The notes under the pieces were generated by a model. The model was given only the letters and a program-made list of their open reading frames with translations. It was not told where the DNA came from and made no database searches. Below, in pieces: positions 46,477-59,119 of a stretch of 64,000 bases of DNA. This stretch comes from Lama guanicoe (taxonomy: Eukaryota): positions 5,502,626 to 5,566,625 of the forward strand of contig MU054220.1 of assembly GCA_013239625.1 (NCBI GenBank), in the 5' to 3' direction. The first letter of the stretch is position 1. Each line of letters opens with the position of its first letter. Made by a program: the position numbers and the translations under genes.

Positions 46477-48364
46477 ACGTGGGCTTTTTTTTCACTATGA
46501 GAAAAGGCAATGGAATGTGGTTTGACCTAATAGTTAAACACAGCTTCCCAGATTCTTCCTATATCTAGATGACTTACCTATTTTAGAACTTAGAAAATCG
46601 GTCTGAAATTACCTTGAACTCATCAGTGAGAAGACATTCAATGCCTTCTTAGGGTTTTCCAGGCTCCCTGATTCATATTACAATGCCGTTATTGTTATTA
46701 CTCCACGTGGAAACCCTTCTATTATTTGAAGGTCTGCCTTTATTTATTCTTTTCTTCCAGAAATTATGACTTCATTAATTGGGCTCTCATGTTTTCTATT
46801 TCATTCACAAAAAATAATCAAACAATATCTGTTAAATATCTTACAGAAAGTCAAGATAATTTTTTTGTATATGATTTCTTTGCCCCTCAGCCTAGGAGAA
46901 GAAACAGTAAACAAAGCAATAGTTTCAATTATTTTCTAATCTTCAGCCAACCAGATACCATATTCTGTTCATATACACAGAGAAACCCAGGATTTTTTTT
47001 TCTTTTGAAATAGGCAATATACTGACTTGACAGTACTCACAAAAAGAAATTGCAAAGCAAATCCTTCCTCTAAGTTCCAAGAGTCAGTCTTCCTGCAACA
47101 GGAGCTACATGCTGCTTCTTAACAAAGGGTGGGAGGTGGAATGTTGTACATTGCTCTTTGCACTGTCCTCAGAAACTTTGAAGACCTACCTGTGCTTTTT
47201 CTATTAAACCAGCCAAAGTACTAGCTTAGCTGGGGAGAGCTTGGTGAATGTGTCAGTACAGTCAGTGAAAAACAGCAGTTTTAAATGTCAGAATCTTAAA
47301 ACAGATGTTAGAAAAATGTCAACCCTATAAACAATTGATTGCCAGGACAGTTTTGCCTTACACACTTGAGTCAGTATGTTTTCAGCTCACTGAAGTTATG
47401 AAATTTGCAGAGAGTAAATCTGCATTACTTATGGCAAAGGACACACCTGTATTATCTTTCTTCTTCCGTGTTCCATGATAAATCAAGTCCCCTTGTACTC
47501 TGAGTCAATAGAAGCCTTATTGGCTTTCAATCATTAATTCTGACTGCAGCAATTGAGGGGAAAAAGTAGTATCTGTGGCCAGAAAGACAAAGAGGAGTCA
47601 CTTTTTCTTTCCTTTCTTTCCTGTGGCATTTGGGGCACTTAAAACTACTGGCATGATGGAACCTGTGTGGATCTAGCTGGAGATCCTGAGCTGTGGCACT
47701 GAGGTGGAAGTCTTAGCAGGGGGCAGAGAAATGAAGTTTATTGTACCCTCAGCATTTGCAGCTCCCAATAGCTGCTTCAGAACAAGGGGTTACCCATGGG
47801 GCCAGTAGAAAAATACATGACTTGACAATCCTTGGACTCAAGGCAATATGACACTATTTTCCATCCTACTGAAAGTAGTGAACTTTACTTTCCCTAAGAT
47901 GTGGACCATTTCTCTCCAGAAATGAATGGGGGCAGCAGACTAAAGGGAAACTATATTTCTTTAAGGGATGGCCCAAGAACCCGTGGATCAGTGGCTTTCG
48001 ATAATAGTAATAATATGTAATAACACTTACTATTGAATTTATTGATTCTGAATCTATTTGCCAGCACCCAGTGAGAAGACTACTATTACTAGCTGCTTTC
48101 TCCACATAAGGAAACTAAGTCTCCAGTGGGTTAAGTTATGTGCTATTAGGTGATGTATTGAGGATTTGGACTTAGGTGTAATTCTCGCCATGTTCTCTAC
48201 TCTGTTGCATGAAACAAAATGAAAGTGACTTCTCCAAACCACCCCACCAGCTCAAAAGCTCTCTTTATACCAGCTATGAGAATTATTTTAGTTCCCTTAA
48301 TGTATCTCATTCTGTCTTGTACATTCTGCCATCTCTGCTTGCCTCCGGCTTTGTTGAAGTGACT

Positions 48365-48478
48365 AACTTCCACTTTGAGCTTCTGAAAGGCACAGAGCTT
48401 TATCATTTATGTTAAATCTCCAGGGCTTAGCAGAAATGCCTAACACCTAGTAGATACTCAGGAAGGTTATTCAAAATG
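48365..48478 (+). mobile_element. L2 3' end
   Basis: 'tgagcttctgaaaggcacagagctt...ctccagggcttagcagaaatgcctaacacctagtagatactcag'. Confidence 0.65.
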
Positions 48479-48839
48479 ACGTGTATTAGCAAAACCGTAA
48501 CCAAATCCTTCATTTGATAGGGGCTTTCTTCCTTGAGAATATTATATATATTATATCTTTATATATCTTTAATTTATTAGGTATACACATCTATATCTTT
48601 TCATTGTTGTTTTATTCTGTTTGTTTTGGCCTTTTAGTGACTTTTGCTAACTGAATAAAAGGAAATTAGATAAATATATAAATTAGTTTTTTAATGATGC
48701 CGAACCATTACAAAGAACAGAACAAAGGATTTACCAAGGAATTCTCTTTCCTTTTCCATTTCAATTCCTAGCAAAGGCTTTCATGTTCTTATCTTGGCTA
48801 CTGTATTTTCTCCTTACCCCTGACCTTTCCGCTTTCTTG

Positions 48840-49220
48840 AGACTGCCACTGCTAATCCAGCATGAAGATACAGCCCTGATGAATTGGCGTGTCCAATCAG
48901 TCATCGTCACACTGTACGAACTCGGTTACCATTTATTAATCAATTCACCACTCCAATCAAAGGTGCCACTGCTGCCACCCTTGCTGCCACTGCTGGCGAG
49001 CCAGTGAAATCCTGGCCAGGGCTCCGTGGAACCTTGGAACATTTGTTAATGGTCTTTAGCCAGAAACTCTCAGTGGATTAATGCTGTGCCAGGAAACATA
49101 GGAGAGCAGTGGCTGTTATATCTTAGCCCTTCCTCTGAACAGACTGTCTTGTTTTTAAATTTTTATTGCCATTGACTCTTGGAGAGAAGATGATCGTCAT
49201 AAAATTTCATAATAAATGTG
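48840..49220. promoter_or_regulatory. Candidate conserved non-coding element or enhancer
   Basis: Repeat-free and CpG-retaining, with TAATCC/GGATTA, CCAAT x3, ATCAAAG and GTCATAAAA motifs. Confidence 0.4.
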
Positions 49221-50352
49221 AGAAAGAAGTCTATAAATATACAAATAAATGAATATATAACATAGATGAGGCAAGTCAACTTAAAACCTTCATTGATTTA
49301 ATGATATTTATGAACTACATTAAGACTTTTTTTTTCCCTATTGATTGACAAAACACCTTCATGCAATCTGGCATTTTCTTCCCAGGATTCAAAGAGTGTT
49401 CAGGTTTTAGATGTGCAATTACCATACTCAAAAGAAAGGAGTAACATCTGGAGTGAGGAAAGGGGCAATGGTGAACAAAAATAGAAACTCCTTTATTTAC
49501 AAGCTGAAAGGTGGTAAAAGGAAAAATACAACATTCACACCTGGGTGTGCAAATCAATATCTATTACATTCCACTTAAAATGCTGGTGGCCCCTATGATC
49601 AGGCTGATATGAACGTGCAGGGTAACAACTCATTGCTATAGGCTTTCAGTATTTTCACGAGAGCTGTATGATGCAGGACCTAGTATCTCGGGCAAGTAAA
49701 ACTTGGGTACAGTGAGGTACTTTTAATAGGATTTTACTACATATGTCAACTAATAACATACAATTTCATATCATCCAATCATCATTTCTGCTGCTGACAG
49801 AATAACTTCTGCCTTGGGAAACATATTGCTAGAATCTACTGCTGGCCTTGTGGTTAGGGACCAGTGATTGAATTGGGCTTGTGGTATAGGTAACTATAAT
49901 TTATAGAAAACTAGATAAAAGTGTAAGTAATGATATTCATTTGGGACATGCATTGCTAAAGGTTGGGGGCCTCTGCCAGGAAAAGGAACTGCCAGGCTGC
50001 TTGTCTGGTTTTATTAAAAAATAGTTGTCAAACCCTAAAGGACATCTTTCCTTCCTTTTGCCAAAATAAAGCTGGATTCTTTCATGATCAGTGCTTTACT
50101 TGTGTCTCCAGAGTTGGCTGTTGTTTAATTATGCATTACCTAAATATTATCTTGACAGCATAAATAATACATAGGCAATTGGTCTAGGGTGTTTGTGAAG
50201 TCTGGAAAGGTGATATTGGTCAGTGCTTCCTAGACATGACTGAGTCGACATGGTCCAGAGCTGGACAACACAGCACTGGTTTTATTATTTAATGAATTCT
50301 AGAATAGAAATTTCCTTCCTTCTCCCTGCTTTCTTGCCACACTCCTGACTGG

Positions 50353-50375
50353 CTATCTATCTATCTATCTATCTA
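50353..50375. repeat. (CTAT)5 tetranucleotide microsatellite
   Basis: Seen directly. Confidence 0.95.
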
Positions 50376-50491
50376 GCCTGATTGTAAGCAAATGTTTATT
50401 GAAAAGACTTGGAAAATATAAAAATTCACATGAAGAAATTAAAATCACTCATAAACGAACTACCCAAATACAAACATTTTATATCTATCAC

Positions 50492-51212
50492 TCAACATTC
50501 ATTCATTCATCAAACTAAGACTTCTACTGGACACGGGCAGTCTTCCAGGTGCTGGGAATACATCAGTGGGCAAAAATTCCTGCGCTCTTAGAAGTTACAT
50601 CTTAGTGGGATGAGTAAATATACAAATAAATAAGTAAACGTGACAGTTGTTGGATATTCTCTGCTTGGATATTTCCACACTGCGGTAGGAGAATGAACTT
50701 TTAAGGACCACATCAGCCAGCCCCTCTCTCCTCTGCGTTCTGGTTGGCTGGTGAGAGATGCCAGAGTGTTTATTCCTGTTAGGCCGTGGATGCACGGTGG
50801 CTTTGTTCCCTCACTCAGGCCATGGCACTCGTCCGGCAGCCCTCTTCTGCAGTTGCCACTTTGTTCCCAGGTTCTGATGACTACTTTCCCCTCTTACTCC
50901 TTCATTCCCAAGGATAGCATTGGCTGTCCCATTATTGCTCATTCTGAGAAGCTGTGCACTGTTTTGCTAATTTTCCTTAACTCTGTCCACACCCTTGTAA
51001 ATAGTCCCTGCATTCAGTTATTTTCAGTAACTATACTCTGTATGCCACCTTTTTCTTCCCAGGACCTTGGAAAGCTATGCTAGAGTTATAAATGCTAAGG
51101 AGGAAAAATAAACAAGGGTTTGGGGGATTGAAATATTTGAGAAGAGTGTGGAATTTTAGATGGAGTGTCCAGGGAGGCTTGAGAGAAAGTGAGTTCTGAC
51201 TGAGATTTGTGA
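50492..51212 (-). mobile_element. L2 3' end, antisense, split by an LTR41-like element
   Basis: 'cattcattcattcatcaaac...ccaggtgctgggaatacatcagtg...agaagttacatcttagtggg' resumes as 'ataaatgctaaggaggaaaaataaac...ttttagatggagtgtccagggaggctt'. Confidence 0.7.
50648..51075 (+). mobile_element. ERVL solo LTR (LTR41/LTR33 group)
   Basis: 'ttccttaactctgtccacacccttgtaaatagtccctgcattcag...tgtatgccacctttttcttcccaggacc'. Confidence 0.75.
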
Positions 51213-51227
51213 GAACGAGTGTATTGT

Positions 51228-51284
51228 ACACACACACACACACACACACACACGGGGGAAGGAGACAAGAGAGAGAGAGAGAGA
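51228..51284. repeat. Compound microsatellite (AC)13 plus (AG)8
   Basis: Seen directly at 51228-51253 and 51268-51284. Confidence 0.95.
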
Positions 51285-52379
51285 ACATTCTAGGCATATA
51301 CACATCAGTATCTTACAAGAATAGAATCACAGTGTTGCACATTGTGTTCCGTGACTTAGCACTGCAGGAGCAGTTCCCTGTGCCATCAAATATGCCTTTA
51401 TTATTCGATGGTAATGACTATATGGAACTTCATTTTAAGGTTATAGCATATTTTACTGAATTGATCCCCTGCTTTTAGACAATTAGGTTGATTTTACAGC
51501 TCCACTATTGTAAATGAACCCTGTTGACAGTCCTTATTTTCTGAAAGCATTTTAACCGATTTCCCAGGCCTACTGGGTCATCTTTCAGGAATCACTGTTT
51601 TGTTCTTTCATAAAATGGCAGAATGGGCTCAGTTCTGGGGGCTATTAGTCAGTCTTTGGGATACATTCATCACTGGTGTGCAAGAGGGTAATTTTGCAAA
51701 TGTGGGTGGGATGTATGATTACCATATTGAACAACAAGAAGCACCATCTGCAGTAGGGAAGGAAATAACAGAGGGAGTGATAGTTCTTTCCCCTCCCTGA
51801 ACTGGAAGCTGGTGTAGTGAGATGGAAGTGCAGCGTTCATAACTGCAGCCCCCTTTCACCTGAAGAGTCTTTTCCTCACCCACAAGGTCCCTATTCCTCA
51901 AGCTGATCAAGAAATGAAGACCCCCGGAAGTGCTAACAGGTTGTTTTGTTAGCTAAGCTTCTCTCTTTGGATAAACTCAAGGTAAAGATTGCATGGGGAT
52001 GCAAACATGCTCATTTGATTGAGTTTGAGGACAGAAGGGTTTCACTGCTGGCTGTGTTTTGGACTCTTCAGTGAAAGATGAAAACGGTGCTTTAATTTGC
52101 TCATTGCGTTCACCTTGCTGTGCTGTCCCCCTGTTTTCAGCCAGTCTCAGAGGGCGTATGTGATCCACAGAATCAGGTTCTCACAGAAACAGTTTTGTCA
52201 AGACCCCAAATCTCCCGCCCCTAATTTTGTCCTTGGACAGATTTTACTCTGCATGGATCTATTTTTGAAAAATAAGAAGTTAAATAGTATTTTAAGAAAG
52301 TAAGCCTCTACACACATATATTCAACAGTTATTAGTTGAAATTATATTTGAATCTACTTTACTTCCTTTAAATTGTTCT

Positions 52380-52418
52380 TTCTCTCTCTCTATTCCTTTC
52401 TCTCTCTCTCTCTCTCTC
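52380..52418. repeat. Interrupted (TC)n tract
   Basis: Seen directly. Confidence 0.9.
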
Positions 52419-53289
52419 AGCCAGGATTCCTCTCCTTAGTGAGATTATGCAGAAAGACACCTCAAAAAGTTATTTAGAAGTCAACCCAAAGTGAAGAGAC
52501 AAACTCTGGCACTTGCTCTGGCTTTTAAAAAGTTCTGTTTCCTCTTGTCTTTTTTCATATCTCAGTCACACCTCCTGAGACTCCCAATGCCAGCATAACT
52601 ATAAACACAAGCCACTAAGTTTCTCAGACACTGACACAAAATGAATGAACAGAGGCAGCCCAGCACCACTCAGACTGAAGGATCCGTCAGCATTAAGCCA
52701 GGTTTGGATCAGAAGTTTCTCTCTCTGAGGAGATTTGCTGTCTCTTTCCAACTTCGGAGTGGTTATAATGACAGCTCTGAGGTATGGAACTCAAGAAGAG
52801 TTCATGTAATCAAAGAAATCTCATATTCTCATAAGATATCTTTGCAAATATTATTCTTGCCTATTCATAAATGAAGAAACTGGAGCTCGAAGAAACCCCA
52901 GCCTGCACAGCTCTTAAGTGTTGGAGGTAAACTATAAATCTGAAAATACGGAGCATTCACATGATGACTATCCATGTAGGTGTCAGTTACGTTGTGGTTA
53001 TTCCAGAGAAAACTGAAGAATTAAACCCATCTTAAAAGTTACACAGGAAATCCAATAGGCATGTGTTAGAACCCACAATTAGTAGCGAAAAGTTTCTAGA
53101 AAGTTTCTAGATCTCTAGATTTTCCTTTTGTATACCAGAAAACTGAGGGGGAAAAAGAAAGAAAAACTTTTCTGAATATAAAGTTTACAGACTCTATGCA
53201 TAACATTGGATGTTCTATGCTTTCTATGTTTATTTCAGAGCAGCTCTTCAGAGACTAAAATAACAGACACATTCTGTCATTACACTAAA

Positions 53290-53665
53290 TTATTGAAGTA
53301 CTTTTAGTTCCCTGAATATTCCAATTCTTTCTTTGCTGCTGGACATTTTCACGTGCTTCCTATCTTTTGGGACCATTCCCATGCCCCCAGTTGCTCTTCC
53401 ATTACACTCCCCCGTATTTATACTTACACATTTTACTTGACTAATTCGTACTCATCTTTAAATTCTTAGTTCAGGTCAACACATTTAAGTGATATAATGG
53501 TTTACTTCTCTATATTTCCCATTAATGAAAAATACATGAAAGTAGGGATATTGTATGTTGTGTATTACTGTATCCCTAGTATCAAACACAGGGCTGGTAC
53601 ACACAGATGCTCAAAAAATCCTTTTGGATTCATGCAGGGATGGATGAAATCATGCATGAGTGAAC
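53290..53665 (+). mobile_element. L2 3' region
   Basis: 'tacttgactaattcgtactcatctttaaattcttagttcagg...tactgtatccctagtatcaaacacagggctggtacacacagatgctcaaaaaa'. Confidence 0.65.
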
Positions 53666-53819
53666 AAAATAAGTAGATTTATCCTCCCAGCAATTAAAGA
53701 GTTCATTTTAAACCCTTTGCTCTTAAAACTACTAATTGCTTTAAATGGTTGCTTGATACAGTTGAAGAGTCATAATTTAGAAAGCTTCAGATCCCTGTCT
53801 GTAATACCAGTAACCATGC

Positions 53820-54774
53820 TTTGGTGTTCACTCTTTAGGTTGTCCCCCATGCTCCCTCACTGAGATAATTACATAGTTATAGCCACCACACAGAATGGAA
53901 TGGACCTCCACCCAAAGTTTGGTTCAGATGTAAAGATTGATAATACCACAACACCCCAAGAAAGCATGAAAATGTTTATTACTCACATAATGAGATTTTC
54001 TGGGGAGGCCAGTGTGGCTCCCAAGAAGGTCTGAAATGGCTTGAAGTTTTTATGGTGGTTAAGTGGTGGGGCTGGTGTGAGGGATCATGTGGTTGGCCAG
54101 AGGCTTGTGTGATTTGAACTTCCTGCCCATGTCAAATGAGGGAGCATCCAGGCTTTCTTATCAGCTTGCCCAGATATGGGGCAATAGGGAAGGAGGAAGG
54201 GATGAGGCTTAAATAGCTGTCAGCAGACAAATATTAAAAAATGGAGTTAGACTCTTTATATACACATATCCTTGTATAATCCCATTCACTTGAGTGCAGG
54301 TGGGATTTGTGACAAAGGTAATGGATGGTCTTTAAAATCACTGATTACGTTACTTTGAATGAGACTCCATCATAGTGCACTGCAGAGGCTTGATGAGGTA
54401 GGTTACCAGGTTGGAGAAGCCCACGTGACAAAGAATTGTTGGTGGCCTCTTGGAACTGCTAGTGGCCTCCACAACCTCATGGTGATATCCAGCCCAAAGC
54501 TAACAAGAAGTCAGGTCCTGAATCCTCCGGCCACAAGGAAATGAATTCTTTCAGCGACCTGAGTGTGGAGATGGATTCTTCCTCAGTCAAACCTTTAGGT
54601 GAGCCCATAGCCCAAACCAAACCTTGATTACAGCATTGGGACACGGAGCAGAGGGCTCAGCTAAGCCTTGCCCAGGCTCAAGACCCACAAAAACTGTGAG
54701 AGAATAAATGTGTGTGTTGTTCTAAGCAGCTACAACTGTGGGGATTTGTTATGTAGCAAGAGAAAACTAATATG
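53820..54774 (+). mobile_element. MaLR LTR (MLT1E-like), interrupted near its 5' end
   Basis: 'ccttgtataatcccattcacttgagtgcaggtggga', 'ccacaaggaaatgaattct', 'aaactgtgagagaataaatgtgtg...tttgttatgtagcaagagaaaactaata'. Confidence 0.85.
53876..54264 (-). mobile_element. ERV1-class solo LTR nested in MLT1E (family unassigned)
   Basis: The minus strand begins TGTATATAAAGAGTCTAACTCCATTTTTT, with poly(A) signal 'tttatt' at 53976-53981. Candidate 4-bp TSD CATA (53872-53875 / 54265-54268). Confidence 0.7.
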
Positions 54775-55054
54775 CATTCCAACCCTATAATCTGTTACAC
54801 AGTTTCTCCAGAACTACCTTTCCAATCTATGTCATACCACTATCATGAATTCTTTCTCGCTGGTTTACTTTTCAGAATCACTCAATTTTTCCACCACTGT
54901 GGTGGCCTGGTACATCAGGTGAATTTTTGGACTCTTCCAGGCCTTCAAGGCTGACCCGAAGTCATATAACAAGGTAAATGTTCTCTTAATAATGCCTCAT
55001 AATTATTGAAAGCTTTTTATGGCCATCGCTTCCCAAAATATCTTTAGTCAATTA

Positions 55055-55195
55055 CCCAACTTAATCTTCACAATAAAACTGTGAGATCCATAACATTGTA
55101 CAGATAGGGAAATGGAGATTCACAGACTTTGAGGTACTTGTGAGAAGTAACCCAGCTGGTCAACCTCAGGTTCGGAATTCAATCCTAGAGCTGTA
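55055..55195 (-). mobile_element. MIR SINE
   Basis: 'ttaatcttcacaataaaactgtgag...tacagatagggaaatggagattcacaga...acttgtgagaagtaacccagctggt'. Confidence 0.7.
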
Positions 55196-57114
55196 CTTAG
55201 TACAAAAACCATTTTTCTCCTGTTGGAAGGCTTTGGCAACTTGTGTCTCTTGTTGACGTTGCATCTTTAAAATATACCTTTACAAAAGTTTTTTTTTCCA
55301 GAACCAGTTATAATTGTAATAAATCTAGACTTCTCACACTGTAAAGAATCCACTGCCATGAATAAAACACCCAAAATCAAGAACATGGGTTTTTATTTCC
55401 TTTAAACCAGGGTCAGATTTTTTCTATCATGGTATACTAGAATTTCTCAGTCATTACTTTGGAAAAATCTACACATGTCTATCTGCTTACTTTTTACCCA
55501 GTGACCTATTCTTATGAGAGATAGCCCATCCTGTTCAGAAAAGAAAAAGAAAAAAAAGTGAAGCAGAAACAAGCAGAAAAAAATTTTATAAGACTCATTA
55601 AAGGAAACCATCTGGAACCAGAAAATTCGGGGGCAGATGAATGTTTTTGAAGTTCTAATGCTAACTTACACCTGATCTGAGGTCTATTTATCAGGTAGTA
55701 TTAATGCAGGCAGGTGATCTAGACCTCCTTTTGAGTCTCTGGGAAGTAATACATCTCTTTGTTTACCCTTTGTATAATTAATTCCGGCCTTAATTGTATT
55801 AAGTAAGGGGTAGTGAATTTAAAATAAAAAGATTTCAATGGTTCTGGGAACATGCATTTATTTCTGTGATAAAAGAGCCGTCTCTCCCAGTCTCTATTTG
55901 CTGCAATATTTCACTGCTTCTCATCTCCAGAAAGTCACAGAGGGTGGGATCTGGTCCCTTGGCTGAGAAAGGGCCTGAAGTGGATGCCATAGTTTGCCTA
56001 ATAAAGCTTTCAGCTTAGGGCTTCCATTTTTGACCATCACCTGGAAGGTATGTATCTTTCTGTGAACTAATATCCTTTTTCTGGCCTTGGCTTGACTTCT
56101 GTCTTGGACTCAAGGAGAATATATGGGTTTTTCTCAGTATTCCTAAAAATTGGGCACATAAAAGAAAGATGCCATTTACATCCAAATAAAAAGTAATTAT
56201 AATAATAATGCCAACATAGCAGACGCCGCCTCATCCAACCTAGGCCTTAGGATCTCCTTCTGTTTGTTCATACATTCTTCTTTCCAACTCCGCTCCTCCC
56301 CTACATCTTGTCCTATTGCTCTGTCCTTTGGGTACTTCAGCGACTTTGCCTGCAGGAGTATAGAGGCAGAAGGCCTTATGGTTTTGCATCCCATCTTCCC
56401 TCACCACTTTGGCCTTGACTTTTATTCAGTGACTTGATGGTGCAGGAGAACAAAAGGTGGGGAACATGGCAAATCTGAGATGTGATTTACTGTCTAGTCT
56501 TTTCCTGCAGGATTAGGCTATATAGCTGGGATTTTTCCTGAAAGTGCACCTTTGCTTGGCTCCTTCCACTTCCCTGGCCTGCATCTCTCACTCCATTCTG
56601 ATTTTTTCCTGGGAGCTTACATCTTCTTTTCATGGTCTGCTACTGAAGAATCACACCTAAGACAACCACTAACTTTTAATTAGGCACTTACTGACATCCA
56701 GTCACATCAAATTATTTAATTCTTACACAAGTAGATGTCATAAACTCTGCACTACAGAAGAACACATTAAACAGTTTTCCCAAATAGCTCATGTGTCGCA
56801 GTCCAGATTTGAACACAGATTCACCCAACTCTTAAGACCTGCCCTCTGAACATCTGCCTCTCAGAAAAAGTCTACCATTGAGAGTCAACAGTTTTATCAC
56901 AAAATAGTAGCTGAGGAACTGATTGACCAGCCAGAATATCTGCATTCACATCACTCTTTTACTTGGTGTATAAATTTAGGCAATTTCCTTCATTTTTCTA
57001 AGGATCTGTTTCTCTTTTTAATAAAAACAGAGAAATTAATATCTGCCCTCCTTATTCTTACCTTTAAAAAATTAGGATAGGATAATATGCTGAAGGTAAG
57101 AATTACTTTGGGAC

Positions 57115-57308
57115 TGTAAAGTAGTATTAGAGGAAAGAACGTAATCTTTAGATCTGAATTTGATGGGTGATTTGACAACTAAGTAGCAGTGTGGCCTTGG
57201 ACAAAATATTCACCCTTGTGAGCAATGGCTGCTCCTGTAAAATGGGGATAATCATGCCTTCTTCATAAAGGTGCTAATATTAGTTGGGCTAGACTGCTCT
57301 GTAAATGC
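57115..57308 (+). mobile_element. MIR3-like relic
   Basis: 'actaagtagcagtgtggccttggacaaaatattcacc...ctgtaaaatggggataatcatgcct...gctctgtaaa'. Confidence 0.65.
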
Positions 57309-57440
57309 TGCTACGAAATCAGCTACATCCATGATCTAACCCAGGGTAGTTCCTTGATAAATATCAGCCAAGCCCACTTTCTTCTGTACTTTTCTTCTCC
57401 AAATAGGTGCCTGGACTCAGAAAGAACCTAGAATTTTCAC

Positions 57441-57461
57441 TTTTTTTTTTTTTTTTTTTTT

Positions 57462-57493
<32 letters not shown>
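57441..57493. repeat. T24 run, A, then (GT)14
   Basis: Seen directly. Confidence 0.97.
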
Positions 57494-57496
<3 letters not shown>

Positions 57497-58224
57497 CACA
57501 TACATAAATACAAGCACATATCTTGATTAAGCTTTTCTTTGCTTTTATCAGTTGGCACACTTTTTTTTTTTGCTGTCTTTTCATGTATATTTTATTCCCA
57601 ATCAGTGTCAGAAACCTTATGCAAATACCTTGTTTGTTTCTGTCTTCTTCCTTTATCTACCCAGCTCTGCACTTTTATGGAATTCATTTTTCTCTCACTG
57701 ACTTCTTTTATTTCTCCTGTGTTTTAAGTCAAGCACTGTGAAAAGAAAATGTCTGTCTTGTGTTTTGGGGGGTGGAGGGTGGGGCAAGTGGTTCCCAGTG
57801 GCAGGGGCTCTGGGACAGGCTCACGGTGGGATACTGCACCTATGGGCATCAACGCCTAGAGACTAAGCCTTGATCCCTGGCGAGTGTCATAAACACTCAG
57901 ACAGAGTGACCTGAAAGACCGTTTTGAGTTTCCCATTTACAAATAGAAGCAGGCCAATGGCTCATTCAAGACTTGAGCCCGGAACTTACTACTTTTGATC
58001 CAAAGCTTTTTCACCACACTTTTCTTCAAGACATGTAAGAAATATAAAGAACCTATAGAAAGGACTTAAAATATATTGATGCTTGTTTTTCAGAGTGTAT
58101 TTGTAAAATCTGTTTCTTCTGTCCTCTTGCCAGCTGTCCAGGCTTTCTGACAGTACTGTTTGGGTTCAGTTGAAGTCCAGTACTCTTGCAGCTCCTGACA
58201 TTGCCAACTTTGTTAAATATTAGG

Positions 58225-58432
58225 CAGACTCAGAAGAGAGTCAGATGGCTTTGAATTATAACTGTGTCTGTTCCTGGCTGTACAAACTTGGAAGGTTATT
58301 TCACCTCCCAGTTTCCTTATCAGTTAAATTCAGAATGATAATATATGCCTCGAGGAGTTGCTGAGAGGATGAGATTTATCATATAGATAAATGGCCTAAT
58401 CTAGAGCCACATGTATTAATTACTAATAAATG
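58225..58432 (+). mobile_element. MIR SINE
   Basis: 'gagtcagatggctttgaat...gttatttcacctcccagtttccttatcagttaaa...gagttgctgagaggatgag'. Confidence 0.7.
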
Positions 58433-58917
58433 GGTCTTAGAACACTAATAATGATAGGCCTTCCTTTGAATTACAGAATATATTTGTTTCTTTGTGGAAG
58501 TAAGGATGCATATAATAAATTCCAGAGTAAGATGGATTGTTCGGGGGAAGTTTTAATGCCAAATTGCTGTTTACTTCTTTCTCAGGTAAATAAGGTAAAA
58601 GAACATCAGAACAGGTTGATTTGCCTTATAATGGTGATAGCAAGATAATGAAAGTCCCCCTTCCTGGTCTCTCCACCTTCTGCAGGAGTGCAGCTGATAC
58701 TTAGAAAGTGTTCATGTTTTGTTTCCTTTGTTCTTTTAGTCTGTAAGTTGCACACGGGGAGCGGGCGGGTGGTTATTCCTCGAAGAGTGTCACGTTGAAT
58801 TTGTGTGTCCCTGAGCCTCTGCACTCCAGCCACCCAAATGTACCCCCATACAAAATAACTGGAGAAAGGGGGCCCAGTGCTTAGTAAGGGTCTATTTTGT
58901 GTTTGGACTTGCCCATG

Positions 58918-59119
58918 ATATTTTTTGTAAGAGGCCAGATGATAAATATTTGTGGCTTTGCAGGCCCTGTATGTCCCGCCCGAGTCTGCCGCTGTAGTGT
59001 GCAAGCAGCCACAGACGACATGCAGACAAATGGGTGTGGCCATGTTCCAATACAACTGTTTCCTCAAAAGCAGATGGTGAGATGGATTTGGTTCACAGAT
59101 CGAAGTGTACAGAACTCTG
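58918..59119. mobile_element. hAT MITE MER58A-like
   Basis: 'tgtaagaggccagatgataaatatttgtggctttgcaggcc...tctgccgctgtagtgtgcaagcagccacagac...aatgggtgtggccatgttccaatacaact'. Confidence 0.85.

Larger units (their letters stand above)
50380..51540 (-). mobile_element. Old L1ME-like 3' end split into ~50380-50490 and ~51295-51540 by an L2 and LTR insertion
   Basis: 'gaaaagacttggaaaatataaaaa...ttaaaatcactcataa' and 'aatagaatcacagtgttgcacattgtgttccgtgactt...caattaggttgattttacag...ctattgtaaat'. Confidence 0.55.

Noticed and set aside
47713..47730. CTCF-like AGCAGGGGGCAG
   Set aside because: It lacks the conserved 5' CC positions; too weak without ChIP data.
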